Counted from the stretch's first letter, positions 27,778-35,962 are shown. The stretch: DNA of 38,026 bases from Bacillales bacterium UBA660 (GCA_002299475.1 DBNY01000043.1:1-38026); one strand, 5' to 3'. The notes: a model not told the origin generated them from the sequence alone. A program made the numbers and translations.

Positions 27778-28710
27778 ATGAAAAATTATATTAATTATTA
27801 TTATAATTTGTTTCCAGATTATATTCACCAAGAAAATAAATATTTTTATTTTTTTTACAATAACGAAAAATATTTTTTGTTTATATCTGAACGATTATAC
27901 AGCGAGTTAATTGTATTATTTGAACTTAATTTAGCAATGCTAAAAAGAAATATATTGGTTCATCAAATGTTATTAAATAAAGATAAACAAATAATTACTC
28001 TAATTGATAATATACCATATATACTTATGAAAGTCTATGTCGATGAAAAAAAGGTAGTTACATTAAGTGATATCAACTATATAAATGTAAATATAAATAA
28101 TTATTCGGTGAACAACATAGCTTTATTAAACAGAAGTAATTGGATTAAATTATGGAGTGACAAAATTGATTATTTAGAATATCAAATTACTCAAATAGGG
28201 AGAAAATATCCATTATTAAGGGAATCTTTTAGTTACTTTATTGGGCTGGCTGAAAATGCTATTTCTTATATAAAAAATACTTATATTGATTTTAATATTA
28301 ATGAATATAATAATTTAGTTGTATCTCACAGAAGAATAAATGATAATTACACACTATTAGAAAATAACAATCCTATTAATTTTGTACTAGATTCTAGAGT
28401 AAGAGATTTTAGTGAATACATAAAATTTAATTTTTTTCATAGTAACAAAAATTTATGGAATGAAATATATTATTATTTAAGATATAACAATTTATCAGTA
28501 TTAGAATATCGTCTATTATATGGTAGATTATTATTCCCATCATTTTATTTTGATATATATGAAAATATTTTAAATAATATTGTTGATGAGAAAGAAATAT
28601 TAAAAATAATTAATAAAATTGATGCGTATGAACGGTTCCTTGCGCAGTTTAACTCATATATTAAATTGAATGGAAATATTCCTGAAATAACCTGGCTTAA
28701 ATTAAAATAA
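27778..28710 (+). CDS. CotS/YutH-like spore coat protein (phosphotransferase-fold family), tentative
   Basis: The 310-aa Tyr/Asn-rich protein sits divergent from the yutG-like gene, exactly where yutH sits in B. subtilis. The call rests mainly on synteny, size and composition. Confidence 0.45.
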   Translation: MKNYINYYYNLFPDYIHQENKYFYFFYNNEKYFLFISERLYSELIVLFELNLAMLKRNILVHQMLLNKDKQIITLIDNIPYILMKVYVDEKKVVTLSDINYINVNINNYSVNNIALLNRSNWIKLWSDKIDYLEYQITQIGRKYPLLRESFSYFIGLAENAISYIKNTYIDFNINEYNNLVVSHRRINDNYTLLENNNPINFVLDSRVRDFSEYIKFNFFHSNKNLWNEIYYYLRYNNLSVLEYRLLYGRLLFPSFYFDIYENILNNIVDEKEILKIINKIDAYERFLAQFNSYIKLNGNIPEITWLKLK

Positions 28711-28743
28711 AAAAATTAGTATAAATTATACATACTAATTTTT
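28711..28743. terminator. Bidirectional AT-rich terminator hairpin
   Basis: The arms aaaaattagtat and atactaattttt are perfect 12-bp complements around a 9-nt loop. Confidence 0.5.
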
Positions 28744-28975
28744 AATTATTTATATTTAAAACACTTATAACTTCTGGTATTTCTTCAATTAAGGCAACTT
28801 CTATACCTTCTTTTAATGTTTGGTCTAGCATAGGGCAATTCTGGCACGCCCCAACAAATCTAACATATACAATGCCGTCTTCATATTTAACGAATTCAAC
28901 ATCGCCACCATCGCTTTGTAAATACGGTTTTAATTTTTCTAATACTGTTAATATTCTTTCTTCGATACTATTCAT
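28742..28975 (-). CDS. NifU-like (Nfu/YutI) Fe-S cluster carrier protein
   Basis: The start was trimmed to ATG 28975, with RBS AGGTGA. The motifs are LQSDGGDVEFV...VRFVGACQNCPMLDQTLKEGIE (CxxC). The long hydrophobic N-terminal extension in the ORF track is unlikely to be translated. Confidence 0.85.
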   Translation of the reverse strand: MNSIEERILTVLEKLKPYLQSDGGDVEFVKYEDGIVYVRFVGACQNCPMLDQTLKEGIEVALIEEIPEVISVLNINN

Positions 28976-29070
28976 TATATCACCTATAATCATTATACAG
29001 TAAATTATTAGAAAAAGTAAAGATATATAAATCTTTATGATATAATAAAATAAGCGATAGAAGGTGGAAT

Positions 29071-29427
29071 ATGACAAATTTAATAGCTGGAAGAGTAGTA
29101 GTTGGGTCTGTTACTGGAATTGAGCCTTACGGTATTTTTGTTAATTTAGATGAGTATTATAATGGTTTAATTCATATATCTGAGATATCAAATGGTTTTG
29201 TTAGAGATATTAATGATTTTGTAACTAATGGAGAAAAAATATATGTGAAGATTATTGATATAAATGAAGATACCTTTCAAGTTAGACTGAGCATTAAGGA
29301 TATTAATTATAAAATTAAGAGACAGGATAGACGCAGGATTGCTGAAACAAGGTTAGGGTTTAGTAATTTAAGAGATAATTTACCCAAATGGATTGAGGAT
29401 AAATTGATGGAAATTAATTGTAATTAG
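29071..29427 (+). CDS. S1 RNA-binding domain protein (YugI/general stress protein 13-like)
   Basis: RBS is AAGGTGG. The S1 motif is GRVVVGSVTGIEPYGIFVNLDEYYNGLIHISEISNGFV...GEKIYVKIIDI. Confidence 0.85.
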   Translation: MTNLIAGRVVVGSVTGIEPYGIFVNLDEYYNGLIHISEISNGFVRDINDFVTNGEKIYVKIIDINEDTFQVRLSIKDINYKIKRQDRRRIAETRLGFSNLRDNLPKWIEDKLMEINCN

Positions 29428-29464
29428 CGAATGTGTAAATATTTAATAAAAAACTTATAGTATA

Positions 29465-29493
29465 TTGACAAAGGGGTGTATAGATGTTATATT
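29465..29493 (+). promoter_or_regulatory. Sigma-A promoter of the 8-tRNA operon
   Basis: TTGACA (29465-29470) is followed by a 17-nt spacer and an extended -10 TGtTATATT (29485-29493). Confidence 0.7.
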
Positions 29494-29511
29494 AGTTATC
29501 GTCTAACAAAT

Positions 29512-29588
29512 GGATAATTAGCTCAGTTGGTTAGAGCACCTGCCTTACAAGCAGGGGGTCGTAGGTTCGAGTCCTACATTGTCCACCA
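29512..29588 (+). tRNA. tRNA-Val (anticodon TAC)
   Basis: The cloverleaf was read by eye. The acceptor is GGATAAT/ATTGTCC, the anticodon loop is CTTACAA, the T-loop is GGTTCGAGTCC, and CCA is encoded. Confidence 0.95.
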
Positions 29589-29595
29589 TTTTTGT

Positions 29596-29671
29596 GCCGG
29601 AATAGCTCAATTGGCAGAGCAACTGACTTGTAATCAGTAGGTTACGGGTTCAATTCCTGTTTCCGGCACCA
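29596..29671 (+). tRNA. tRNA-Thr (anticodon TGT)
   Basis: The acceptor is GCCGGAA/TTCCGGC, the anticodon loop is CTTGTAA, and CCA is encoded. Confidence 0.95.
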
Positions 29672-29679
29672 CTTTTAGT

Positions 29680-29763
29680 GGAGAGATAGCGAAGTGGCTA
29701 AACGCGGCAGACTGTAAATCTGTTCCTTCGGGTTCGGTGGTTCGAATCCACCTCTCTCCACCA
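29680..29763 (+). tRNA. tRNA-Tyr (anticodon GTA), class II with long variable arm
   Basis: The acceptor is GGAGAGA/TCTCTCC, the anticodon loop is CTGTAAA, there is a long variable arm, and CCA is encoded. Confidence 0.95.
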
Positions 29764-29770
29764 TTTGTTT

Positions 29771-29846
29771 TGCCTCGTAGCCAAGTGGTAAGGCATCAGA
29801 CTTTGACTCTGACATTTCGCTAGTTCGAATCTAGCCGAGGCAACCA
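29771..29846 (+). tRNA. tRNA-Gln (anticodon TTG)
   Basis: The acceptor is TGCCTCG/CGAGGCA, the anticodon stem is TCAGA/TCTGA with loop CTTTGAC, and CCA is encoded. Confidence 0.93.
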
Positions 29847-29854
29847 AATTATCT

Positions 29855-29930
29855 GTCCCGTTAGCTCAGTTGGCAGAGCATTTGACTTTTAATCAAAGGG
29901 TCATAGGTTCGAATCCTATACGGGACACCA
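29855..29930 (+). tRNA. tRNA-Lys (anticodon TTT)
   Basis: The acceptor is GTCCCGT/ACGGGAC, the anticodon loop is CTTTTAA, and CCA is encoded. Confidence 0.95.
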
Positions 29931-29936
29931 TTTAAT

Positions 29937-30025
29937 GCCTGAATGGCGGAATAGGTAGACGCACAGGACTTAAAATCCTGCGGGAGTCAAATCCCGTGCC
30001 GGTTCAAGTCCGGCTTTAGGCACCA
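29937..30025 (+). tRNA. tRNA-Leu (anticodon TAA), class II
   Basis: The acceptor is GCCTGAA/TTTAGGC, the anticodon loop is CTTAAAA, there is a long variable arm, and CCA is encoded. Confidence 0.95.
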
Positions 30026-30031
30026 TTTTAC

Positions 30032-30124
30032 GGAGGAATACCCAAGTCTGGTTGAAGGGATCGGTCTTGAAAACCGAAAGGTCGTGCAAACGGCGCGGGG
30101 GTTCGAATCCCTCTTCCTCCGCCA
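30032..30124 (+). tRNA. tRNA-Ser (anticodon TGA), class II
   Basis: The acceptor is GGAGGAA/TTCCTCC, the anticodon loop is CTTGAAA, there is a long variable arm, and CCA is encoded. Confidence 0.95.
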
Positions 30125-30145
30125 TATAAAATTTTATAGTAACAT

Positions 30146-30222
<77 letters not shown>

Positions 30223-30233
30223 ATGATTATAAA

Positions 30234-30258
30234 GAGATGCAAGCAATTGCATCTTTTT
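30234..30258 (+). terminator. Rho-independent terminator of the tRNA operon
   Basis: The sequence agatgcaa-gcaa-ttgcatct is followed by TTTTT. Confidence 0.75.
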
Positions 30259-30497
30259 CATTATTAATAAAACACATAATAATTTAATTTTTATATTTTA
30301 TGATTTGCATATGGTTTATTTTAAATATTAAACCAGACAAAAAAGCAATAATTTAATTGATTAAATCTAAATAATATGATAAATTAATTACAGGGTGTGG
30401 TATGAATGAAAAAAGAAGTAGTAAATAGAATTAATTAGACTAGAAAACTGTAAATGGTTACTAGTCTTTTATTATATAAAATGAAGGAGGCAATAGG

Positions 30498-32357
30498 ATG
30501 GCGGAAAAAAGAAAAAAAATTAGTTATGATATGGAAGTTTTATTTTGCATTGAAGTGCTTAAAGGCATGGGTAAGATTAAAGATTGGAAAGAAGGGGCTA
30601 GATTATATTTTGATTTAACTAAACAAGAAGTAGCGCCTAATTCTTTAGCAAGAAAAGTTGGTAGTATTATGTTGTCAGATATTAATCATCAAAAGTTTCT
30701 TCTTTGCTTACGTGATTGCGAAAAAACTTTATCATTATATGAAGAGGGCATTAGCAAGGTGACAGATGCTAGAGTGGAAAGAAATAATGATTTATCTGAA
30801 AAAATAGTTCAAACATTTGCCATTACTGATAATGATTTAATTACTAAGTTTGGCATAGATTTAAATTCTGATGACACTTTAACTAAGAAGAGGAAAATAA
30901 TGATTAAGTTTAGTGATGATATCTTTTTATTAGAGTATTTAGGATTTGATCCAGGACGTTTTGAGATTAAAAAATTTGATATTGGATCTTGGTCAACTCC
31001 AGTCAAGGAGGAATATAAGACGGGCGAAAAATTGGTAATAGAGGTGTTGAATGAAAAATACAATGTTGTTGTTGGACCAAGAAAAAAACCTTTATTTTAT
31101 ATTTCACGCGAAGAATGTGAACATTTCCTAGATGAATTTCTTAAAAGAAAACGTTTAACTCCATTTGATTTATTTAATGAAAAATTCCAGGGTGAATTTG
31201 ATTTGAAGCCGGTTGATATCTCACAGAAAAATAATAGATATATAATGATATGTCCTGGTTTAGAATTGCATTTAGGCAAGCTAGGTTCAGTTGTAGATTA
31301 TGAAGATTATTCTACTAAACAAGCGATGTGGCGTCTTAGATTTGTTGCTAAGGCATTAGTTGAATATCAAAAAAAATATAATGCAAGTAAACTATTGCTT
31401 GGCATCGGGAATGACTATTTTAATTCGGATACAACAGATGATAAAACAACGGCAGGGACTCCGCAGAATAATGATACGAGATTCAAAGAAGTTTATCTTT
31501 GGGGTAAAATTGGATACATGCGTTTGATAGAAACTGCTAAGGAATATTTCGATGAGGTTATTTTAAAGGGTAATCCTGGTAATCATGATGAAAAATCTAG
31601 TTATAGTTTGTTGACTTTTCTTTATTATATATATGATTTAATGAAAGATAAAAAAGTAAAAATAAATATTACTTATGAAGATTTGCGTTTTACGACTGGT
31701 TATGTATTTGGCGATAATTTAATTGTTTTTTCTCATGGAAAAAGCCCAGAAGGTAAGTCATTAAACGATCAACGTTTAGCAGAAGCTGTAAGAAATTATT
31801 TTCCTAATGAGTTTCACCAGGCAAAACGTGTGTATGTATTTGCCGGTCATTTACATAAAGATTCTAAATATACTTATGGTAATGTAACTATTATTAGAAC
31901 AGCTGCTTTAACAGGGGTAGAAAATTGGCATTATTCTAATAGTTATATTGCGGATAGACAAGGACATAGTTTATATGTTATAGACAAGGAAAGAGGCCTT
32001 ATAGGCACCGAATATATCACTCTTAATGATAAGGATAAAGTAGAAAAAATTGGAGCTATTAGTAGAGAACCAAAGGCAGATGTTAACGAAGAGATGATTG
32101 ATGCCTTAAATTTATCTAGTACGGTGGTAGAGGAAGAAAAATTAATTAAAGAACTGGATGATGTTGATTTTTTAATTGATCAAATTGATGAAAAGTATTG
32201 TGAAGTAATTAATAATCTTATGGTAACACTTGATATTAATAAAGATTCCTTGACTAAAGAACAATTAATCGCCGTAAAAAACGCACTTGGATATTATAAT
32301 CAGATTGAACCGATTGAACAAAGAAGAGATATAGCAAAAAGATATTTAAAAAAATAA
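30498..32357 (+). CDS. Uncharacterised 619-aa protein with a central, partly degenerate calcineurin/Mre11-SbcD-type metallophosphoesterase domain
   Basis: RBS is AAGGAGG. The motifs appear in canonical order: GLELHLG (Glu replaces the usual Asp of DxH), GIGNDYF (GD-type), GNPGNHD (GNHD/E), FSHG, and AGHLHKD (GHxH), spanning about aa 248-505. The N-terminal region (about 245 aa) and the acidic, coiled-coil-like C-terminal region (about 110 aa) match nothing I recognise. Confidence 0.65.
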   Translation: MAEKRKKISYDMEVLFCIEVLKGMGKIKDWKEGARLYFDLTKQEVAPNSLARKVGSIMLSDINHQKFLLCLRDCEKTLSLYEEGISKVTDARVERNNDLSEKIVQTFAITDNDLITKFGIDLNSDDTLTKKRKIMIKFSDDIFLLEYLGFDPGRFEIKKFDIGSWSTPVKEEYKTGEKLVIEVLNEKYNVVVGPRKKPLFYISREECEHFLDEFLKRKRLTPFDLFNEKFQGEFDLKPVDISQKNNRYIMICPGLELHLGKLGSVVDYEDYSTKQAMWRLRFVAKALVEYQKKYNASKLLLGIGNDYFNSDTTDDKTTAGTPQNNDTRFKEVYLWGKIGYMRLIETAKEYFDEVILKGNPGNHDEKSSYSLLTFLYYIYDLMKDKKVKINITYEDLRFTTGYVFGDNLIVFSHGKSPEGKSLNDQRLAEAVRNYFPNEFHQAKRVYVFAGHLHKDSKYTYGNVTIIRTAALTGVENWHYSNSYIADRQGHSLYVIDKERGLIGTEYITLNDKDKVEKIGAISREPKADVNEEMIDALNLSSTVVEEEKLIKELDDVDFLIDQIDEKYCEVINNLMVTLDINKDSLTKEQLIAVKNALGYYNQIEPIEQRRDIAKRYLKK

Positions 32358-32520
32358 GTGAGGTGTAATATTAAACCTTTTCATATATTGTGTAAAGTGA
32401 GTTTACTTTAATTTTGGGAAGCAACAATGTAAAATAATTATAATGTTAAGTATGATATAATAGTTCTTGATGTATAAGACAATTCAAACTAAAATATAAT
32501 TAATAAACGAGGTGTATAGC

Positions 32521-33363
32521 GTGTTTAATATTAAGCAATTAATAATTGGTTTTACTATTGGCGGAGGGATGATACTTCCAGGAGTTAGTGGTGGTGTTTT
32601 AGCTGTAGTATTTGGCATATATGAAAAACTAATAGATGCAGTCTTAAATTTTTTTAAGGACTGGAAAAAACATTTAGTTTTTCTTTTGCCAATATTAATC
32701 GGTGTTGTTATTGGCGTTATCACTTTTGGTAGAGTCTTAAGTTTTGTATTTCAGGATTATCCTATGGAGGCTGGTTTTACTTTTATCGGCTTAATATTGG
32801 GGGGAATTCCAGTATTATTTAATAAAATTAAAACAAGGGATACAAAGAAAATAAATATGCTAATGCTTGGACTGGCATTTGCATTATCTTTATTATTATT
32901 TGTTTTAGGTAAAAACACATTTGATATAAATTTTTCCAACTATATGGGCAGTGAATATACATTTTCAATATTATTGTTTATTACAGGAATTATCTATATA
33001 TCTGGCAAAATAATTCCAGGTATTAGTGGCTCTTTTTTGCTTATGTTAGTAGGCATGTATGAATATACATTGGATATTGTTTCTAGACCTTTTGCATTAA
33101 CTAGCTCTGAGCAGATGCAACTTATCCCAATTTTTCTTGGTGTAATTGTCGGAGCATTATTATTGCTAAGGTTAATGAATAAATTAATTAATGAATATCA
33201 TAATGATACATATAGTGCTATAATAGGGTTTGTAATTGGTTCTATTGCAGCGATTTATCCTGGTTTTAATTTTGATTATCGGGGGTTAATTAGCGTTACT
33301 TTATTGATATTAGCATTTGCAATGTCATACCTTTTTTCACTTAGTGAAAAAGTTAAGAGGTAG
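32521..33363 (+). CDS. DUF368 family polytopic membrane protein (family implicated in undecaprenyl-phosphate translocation)
   Basis: The start was set at GTG 32521, with RBS GAGGTG 6 nt upstream. The twin signature motifs are LPGVSGGVLA and IPGISGSFLLML. Confidence 0.8.
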   Translation: MFNIKQLIIGFTIGGGMILPGVSGGVLAVVFGIYEKLIDAVLNFFKDWKKHLVFLLPILIGVVIGVITFGRVLSFVFQDYPMEAGFTFIGLILGGIPVLFNKIKTRDTKKINMLMLGLAFALSLLLFVLGKNTFDINFSNYMGSEYTFSILLFITGIIYISGKIIPGISGSFLLMLVGMYEYTLDIVSRPFALTSSEQMQLIPIFLGVIVGALLLLRLMNKLINEYHNDTYSAIIGFVIGSIAAIYPGFNFDYRGLISVTLLILAFAMSYLFSLSEKVKR

Positions 33364-33401
33364 AAGAAATATCAAAAATTATGAAAATGGGTATAAAGCT
33401 A

Positions 33402-33431
33402 TTGACAAGAAAGATAAATATTTAGTATACT
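33402..33431 (+). promoter_or_regulatory. Sigma-A promoter of the Asp-Phe-Arg tRNA cluster
   Basis: TTGACA (33402-33407) is followed by an 18-nt spacer and TATACT (33426-33431). Confidence 0.6.
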
Positions 33432-33450
33432 AAAAAAGCAATTAGTATTT

Positions 33451-33527
33451 GGTCCCGTAGTGTAGCGGTTTAACATGTCCGCCTGTCACGCGGAAGATCG
33501 CGGGTTCGAATCCCGTCGGGACCGCCA
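33451..33527 (+). tRNA. tRNA-Asp (anticodon GTC)
   Basis: The acceptor is GGTCCCG/CGGGACC, the anticodon loop is CTGTCAC, and CCA is encoded. Confidence 0.95.
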
Positions 33528-33532
33528 TTTGT

Positions 33533-33607
33533 GGCTTCGTAGCTCAGTGGTAGAGCAGAGGACTGAAAATCCTCGTGTCGGCGGTTCAATCCCGTCCGAA
33601 GCCACCA
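33533..33607 (+). tRNA. tRNA-Phe (anticodon GAA)
   Basis: The acceptor is GGCTTCG/CGAAGCC, the anticodon loop is CTGAAAA, and CCA is encoded. Confidence 0.95.
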
Positions 33608-33641
33608 TTTAATAGATAAGAATTTTTGCTCCCGATGTAAT

Positions 33642-33718
33642 GCGCCCGTAGCTCAATTGGATAGAGCATTTGACTACGGATCAAAAGGTTATGGGTTCAA
33701 ATCCTATCGGGCGCGCCA
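33642..33718 (+). tRNA. tRNA-Arg (anticodon ACG)
   Basis: The acceptor is GCGCCCG/CGGGCGC, the anticodon loop is CTACGGA, and CCA is encoded. Confidence 0.95.
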
Positions 33719-33838
33719 TTTTAAATTAATAATAATATCAATTTAAAATTTAATTCATATAATATGATTAAAATTGAATTACATATGACAAAAAGGTTAT
33801 ATTATTAATATAGAAAATAGAAGTAAAATTTGGTTGCA

Positions 33839-33868
33839 TTGACCTTTTTTTTATGATATTATTATAAT
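33839..33868 (+). promoter_or_regulatory. Candidate internal promoter for the Pro-Ala tRNA pair
   Basis: TTGACC (33839-33844) is followed by an 18-nt spacer and a consensus TATAAT (33863-33868). It lies in a 170-nt AT-rich gap between tRNA-Arg and tRNA-Pro. Confidence 0.5.
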
Positions 33869-33888
33869 GCATTTATGTGAATATTTTT

Positions 33889-33965
33889 CGGGAAGTAGCA
33901 CAACTTGGTAGTGCACCTGGTTTGGGACCAGGGGGTTGCAGGTTCAAATCCTGTCTTCCCGACCA
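33889..33965 (+). tRNA. tRNA-Pro (anticodon TGG)
   Basis: The acceptor is CGGGAAG/CTTCCCG, the anticodon stem is CCTGG/CCAGG with loop TTTGGGA, and CCA is encoded. Confidence 0.95.
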
Positions 33966-33977
33966 TCTAATTGTGAT

Positions 33978-34053
33978 GGGGCATTGGCTCAGCTGGTAGA
34001 GCGCCTCGCTTGCACCGAGGAGGTCAGCGGTTCGAATCCGCTATGCTCCACCA
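33978..34053 (+). tRNA. tRNA-Ala (anticodon TGC)
   Basis: The acceptor GGGGCAT/ATGCTCC includes the G3:U70 identity pair. The anticodon loop is CTTGCAC and CCA is encoded. Confidence 0.95.
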
Positions 34054-34080
34054 TATTTTTTTTAGGATAAGAAAGGAAGG

Positions 34081-34341
34081 GTGTACGTGAATAACAGTTT
34101 TGAAAATGACAAGAAAGCAGTAAATATTAGTGAGAATGATAGTGCTTTACATCCAGAACATGATGTAGAAGTAAAAGAAACCAAAAATTCCGCAAAATCT
34201 GAAGCAATGGTTAATGAGGTTCCGTTAAGAACTGAAAATACTACTGATTATGAAGATGATGGGGATTTTGAAGACGAAGATGAAGAAGAATGTGATGAAG
34301 AATGTGAATGTGAAGACGAAGATGAGGATGAAAAGTCGTAA
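34081..34341 (+). CDS. Small hyper-acidic protein with a C-terminal CxxxCxC motif, function unknown
   Basis: The 86-aa ORF has RBS AAAGGAAGG and a GTG start at 34081 or 34087. The C-terminal third is almost entirely Asp/Glu (DYEDDGDFEDEDEEECDEECECEDEDEDEKS). Because it is low complexity, coding status is only moderately supported. Confidence 0.5.
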   Translation: MYVNNSFENDKKAVNISENDSALHPEHDVEVKETKNSAKSEAMVNEVPLRTENTTDYEDDGDFEDEDEEECDEECECEDEDEDEKS

Positions 34342-34351
34342 TAATTAAAGT

Positions 34352-34378
34352 AAAAAAGCTCTAAATCGAGCTTTTTTT
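34352..34378. terminator. Bidirectional terminator between the acidic-protein gene and the convergent SEDS gene
   Basis: The sequence aaaaaagctc-taaatc-gagcttttttt overlaps the SEDS stop codon. Confidence 0.7.
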
Positions 34379-35507
34379 AATTTGTATATCTTAATGATTG
34401 ATTAGAAATATTAAAAATTATTCCTATCATTATCATATATGATAATGTGCTAGAACCACCATAACTTATGAATGGTAATGTTATACCTGTAATCGGCAGT
34501 AATCCAATAGTCATTCCAATATTTTGAATTTGTTGATATATTAACATGCCTGCAATTCCAGCTATAACATATTTATTCATATTGCTAATATTTTTATTAT
34601 TAATATTTATTATTCTAGTATTAAAAAATATTAATAATCCTATTAGGGCAATAGAACCAACTAAACCATAATTGCTAGCAAAGACAGCAAATACAAAATC
34701 TGTCTGTGGTTCTGGAAAATAAACAGGCGTGTTATTAAAACCATGTCCTGTAATTCCTGCAGAACCGATGGCAGTAATAGCATTTTCAAGTTGCATACCA
34801 GCGCCGCTTGACCATGCAAATATTCTATCTAAACGATAAAATAAGTTAGTTCCAAAGATATCAACAAATAATTCTTGATTAATAGAATATATGCCAAATA
34901 TTATAAGGCAAAAAATAATAGCAAAACTTAAAAAAGCTAAAAACCAACCATATCTAATTCCTGAAACAAATAACATTGCAACTGCTATTACTAAATAAAT
35001 TATAACTATTCCAGTATCTGGTTGAAGAAAAGTCAATATTATTGGTATGCCTACTATAACTAAAACTTTAGTTAAAAACTTTAGTTCGTCTTTAATAGTT
35101 GGGTCACTATAGTCCTCATTAAATTCATCGATTACTTTAGCCAATGTTATTATTAAGAATACTTTCATAAATTCACTAGGTTGAATGGTTCCTATACCCG
35201 GGATTATAAACCAACATTGGGCACCATTTATAGTAGGTGCAAATAAAAGAATTGCGATAAGTGATATCACACCTACAATATATAAAAACCATATATTTCT
35301 ATATATATATTCATTACCAATTGCCATTAGTCCATAAGCAATGCCAAAACCAATGATGAACCAAACTATTTGTTTAATATATAAATTATCTAAATGATTA
35401 GGTAATAAGTTTTGAGTACTATATATAGTAGTTATACTAATAATAGATAAAATAATAAGAGAAAATAATATGCCATTATCAACCTTATATTGAGATATTT
35501 TTTTCAT
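34377..35507 (-). CDS. SEDS family peptidoglycan glycosyltransferase (FtsW/RodA/SpoVE)
   Basis: The start was trimmed to ATG 35507, with RBS AGGTGA. It has about 10 TM helices and family motifs: QPSEFMKV, LQPDTGIVIIY, and LPFISYGGSSTLSYMIMIG. I cannot assign the paralogue from sequence alone. Confidence 0.9.
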   Translation of the reverse strand: MKKISQYKVDNGILFSLIILSIISITTIYSTQNLLPNHLDNLYIKQIVWFIIGFGIAYGLMAIGNEYIYRNIWFLYIVGVISLIAILLFAPTINGAQCWFIIPGIGTIQPSEFMKVFLIITLAKVIDEFNEDYSDPTIKDELKFLTKVLVIVGIPIILTFLQPDTGIVIIYLVIAVAMLFVSGIRYGWFLAFLSFAIIFCLIIFGIYSINQELFVDIFGTNLFYRLDRIFAWSSGAGMQLENAITAIGSAGITGHGFNNTPVYFPEPQTDFVFAVFASNYGLVGSIALIGLLIFFNTRIININNKNISNMNKYVIAGIAGMLIYQQIQNIGMTIGLLPITGITLPFISYGGSSTLSYMIMIGIIFNISNQSLRYTN

Positions 35508-35596
35508 TCTTATCACCTATTTCTATATTTATATTATACCATGAAACTTTTGTAAACTTTTATCATAAAATAATATTGAAAAGGATAGTGATATAA

Positions 35597-35944
35597 ATGG
35601 AAAAATTAAAACCTAAAATATTTGTCAATAAAATTGGCAAATTAATTAATAATTGCCAAAAAATTTATTATTCTAAGGTAGCAACAAACAGTATAAAAAC
35701 AGATAGTTTACACAAAGAAAGCAATAATTCTAAAATTGATAAATTTATTAGAATGAATATTAATCAAAAAATAAGCTCTCTCATGAATTTGCCAAAATAC
35801 TTATATGATATTGATTTAGTTATTGTTACTGAAGATGATGTAATTGAAACTAAGATTATTGGCAAAAATAACAATAATTTAATTACTGTTAATAATACGT
35901 TAATTCCAGTTAAAGACATCTTAGATATTTCAATAAAAAAATAA
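35597..35944 (+). CDS. Hypothetical 115-aa protein
   Basis: The ORF is Asn/Lys/Ile-rich and a RBS-like GGATAG lies upstream. The C-terminal beta-rich segment (DLVIVTEDDVIETKIIGKNNNNLITVNNTLIPVKDILDISI) faintly recalls small Sm/DUF2642-like spore-coat-associated proteins. This is not a firm assignment. Confidence 0.45.
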   Translation: MEKLKPKIFVNKIGKLINNCQKIYYSKVATNSIKTDSLHKESNNSKIDKFIRMNINQKISSLMNLPKYLYDIDLVIVTEDDVIETKIIGKNNNNLITVNNTLIPVKDILDISIKK

Positions 35945-35962
35945 AAGGCATTTAAGCCTTTT
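35943..35962. terminator. Bidirectional terminator between convergent genes
   Basis: The sequence aaaggc-atttaa-gccttt is followed by a T-rich tail. Confidence 0.55.

Noticed and set aside
28976-29077. Hydrophobic 34-aa N-terminal extension of the NifU-like ORF, overlapping the S1-protein start
   Set aside because: An internal ATG at 28975 has a good AGGTGA RBS and yields the normal Nfu size of about 78 aa. The extension would overlap the divergent promoter and RBS region.
30223-30497. Looked for an att-type duplication of the tRNA-fMet 3' end, or an integrase, that would mark a classical tRNA-targeted island
   Set aside because: I saw no copy of the tRNA 3' end (tcaaatcctgcccccgcaacca) downstream of 30222, and the segment has no recombinase gene. 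Only the weaker split-array argument is retained as a finding.
33719-33888. AT-rich 170-nt gap between tRNA-Arg and tRNA-Pro with imperfect palindromes (tttaattcatat / atatgattaaaa)
   Set aside because: The symmetry is imperfect and expected by chance in sequence this AT-rich. A plausible promoter (33839-33868) explains the gap better than a mobile-element scar or an ncRNA.
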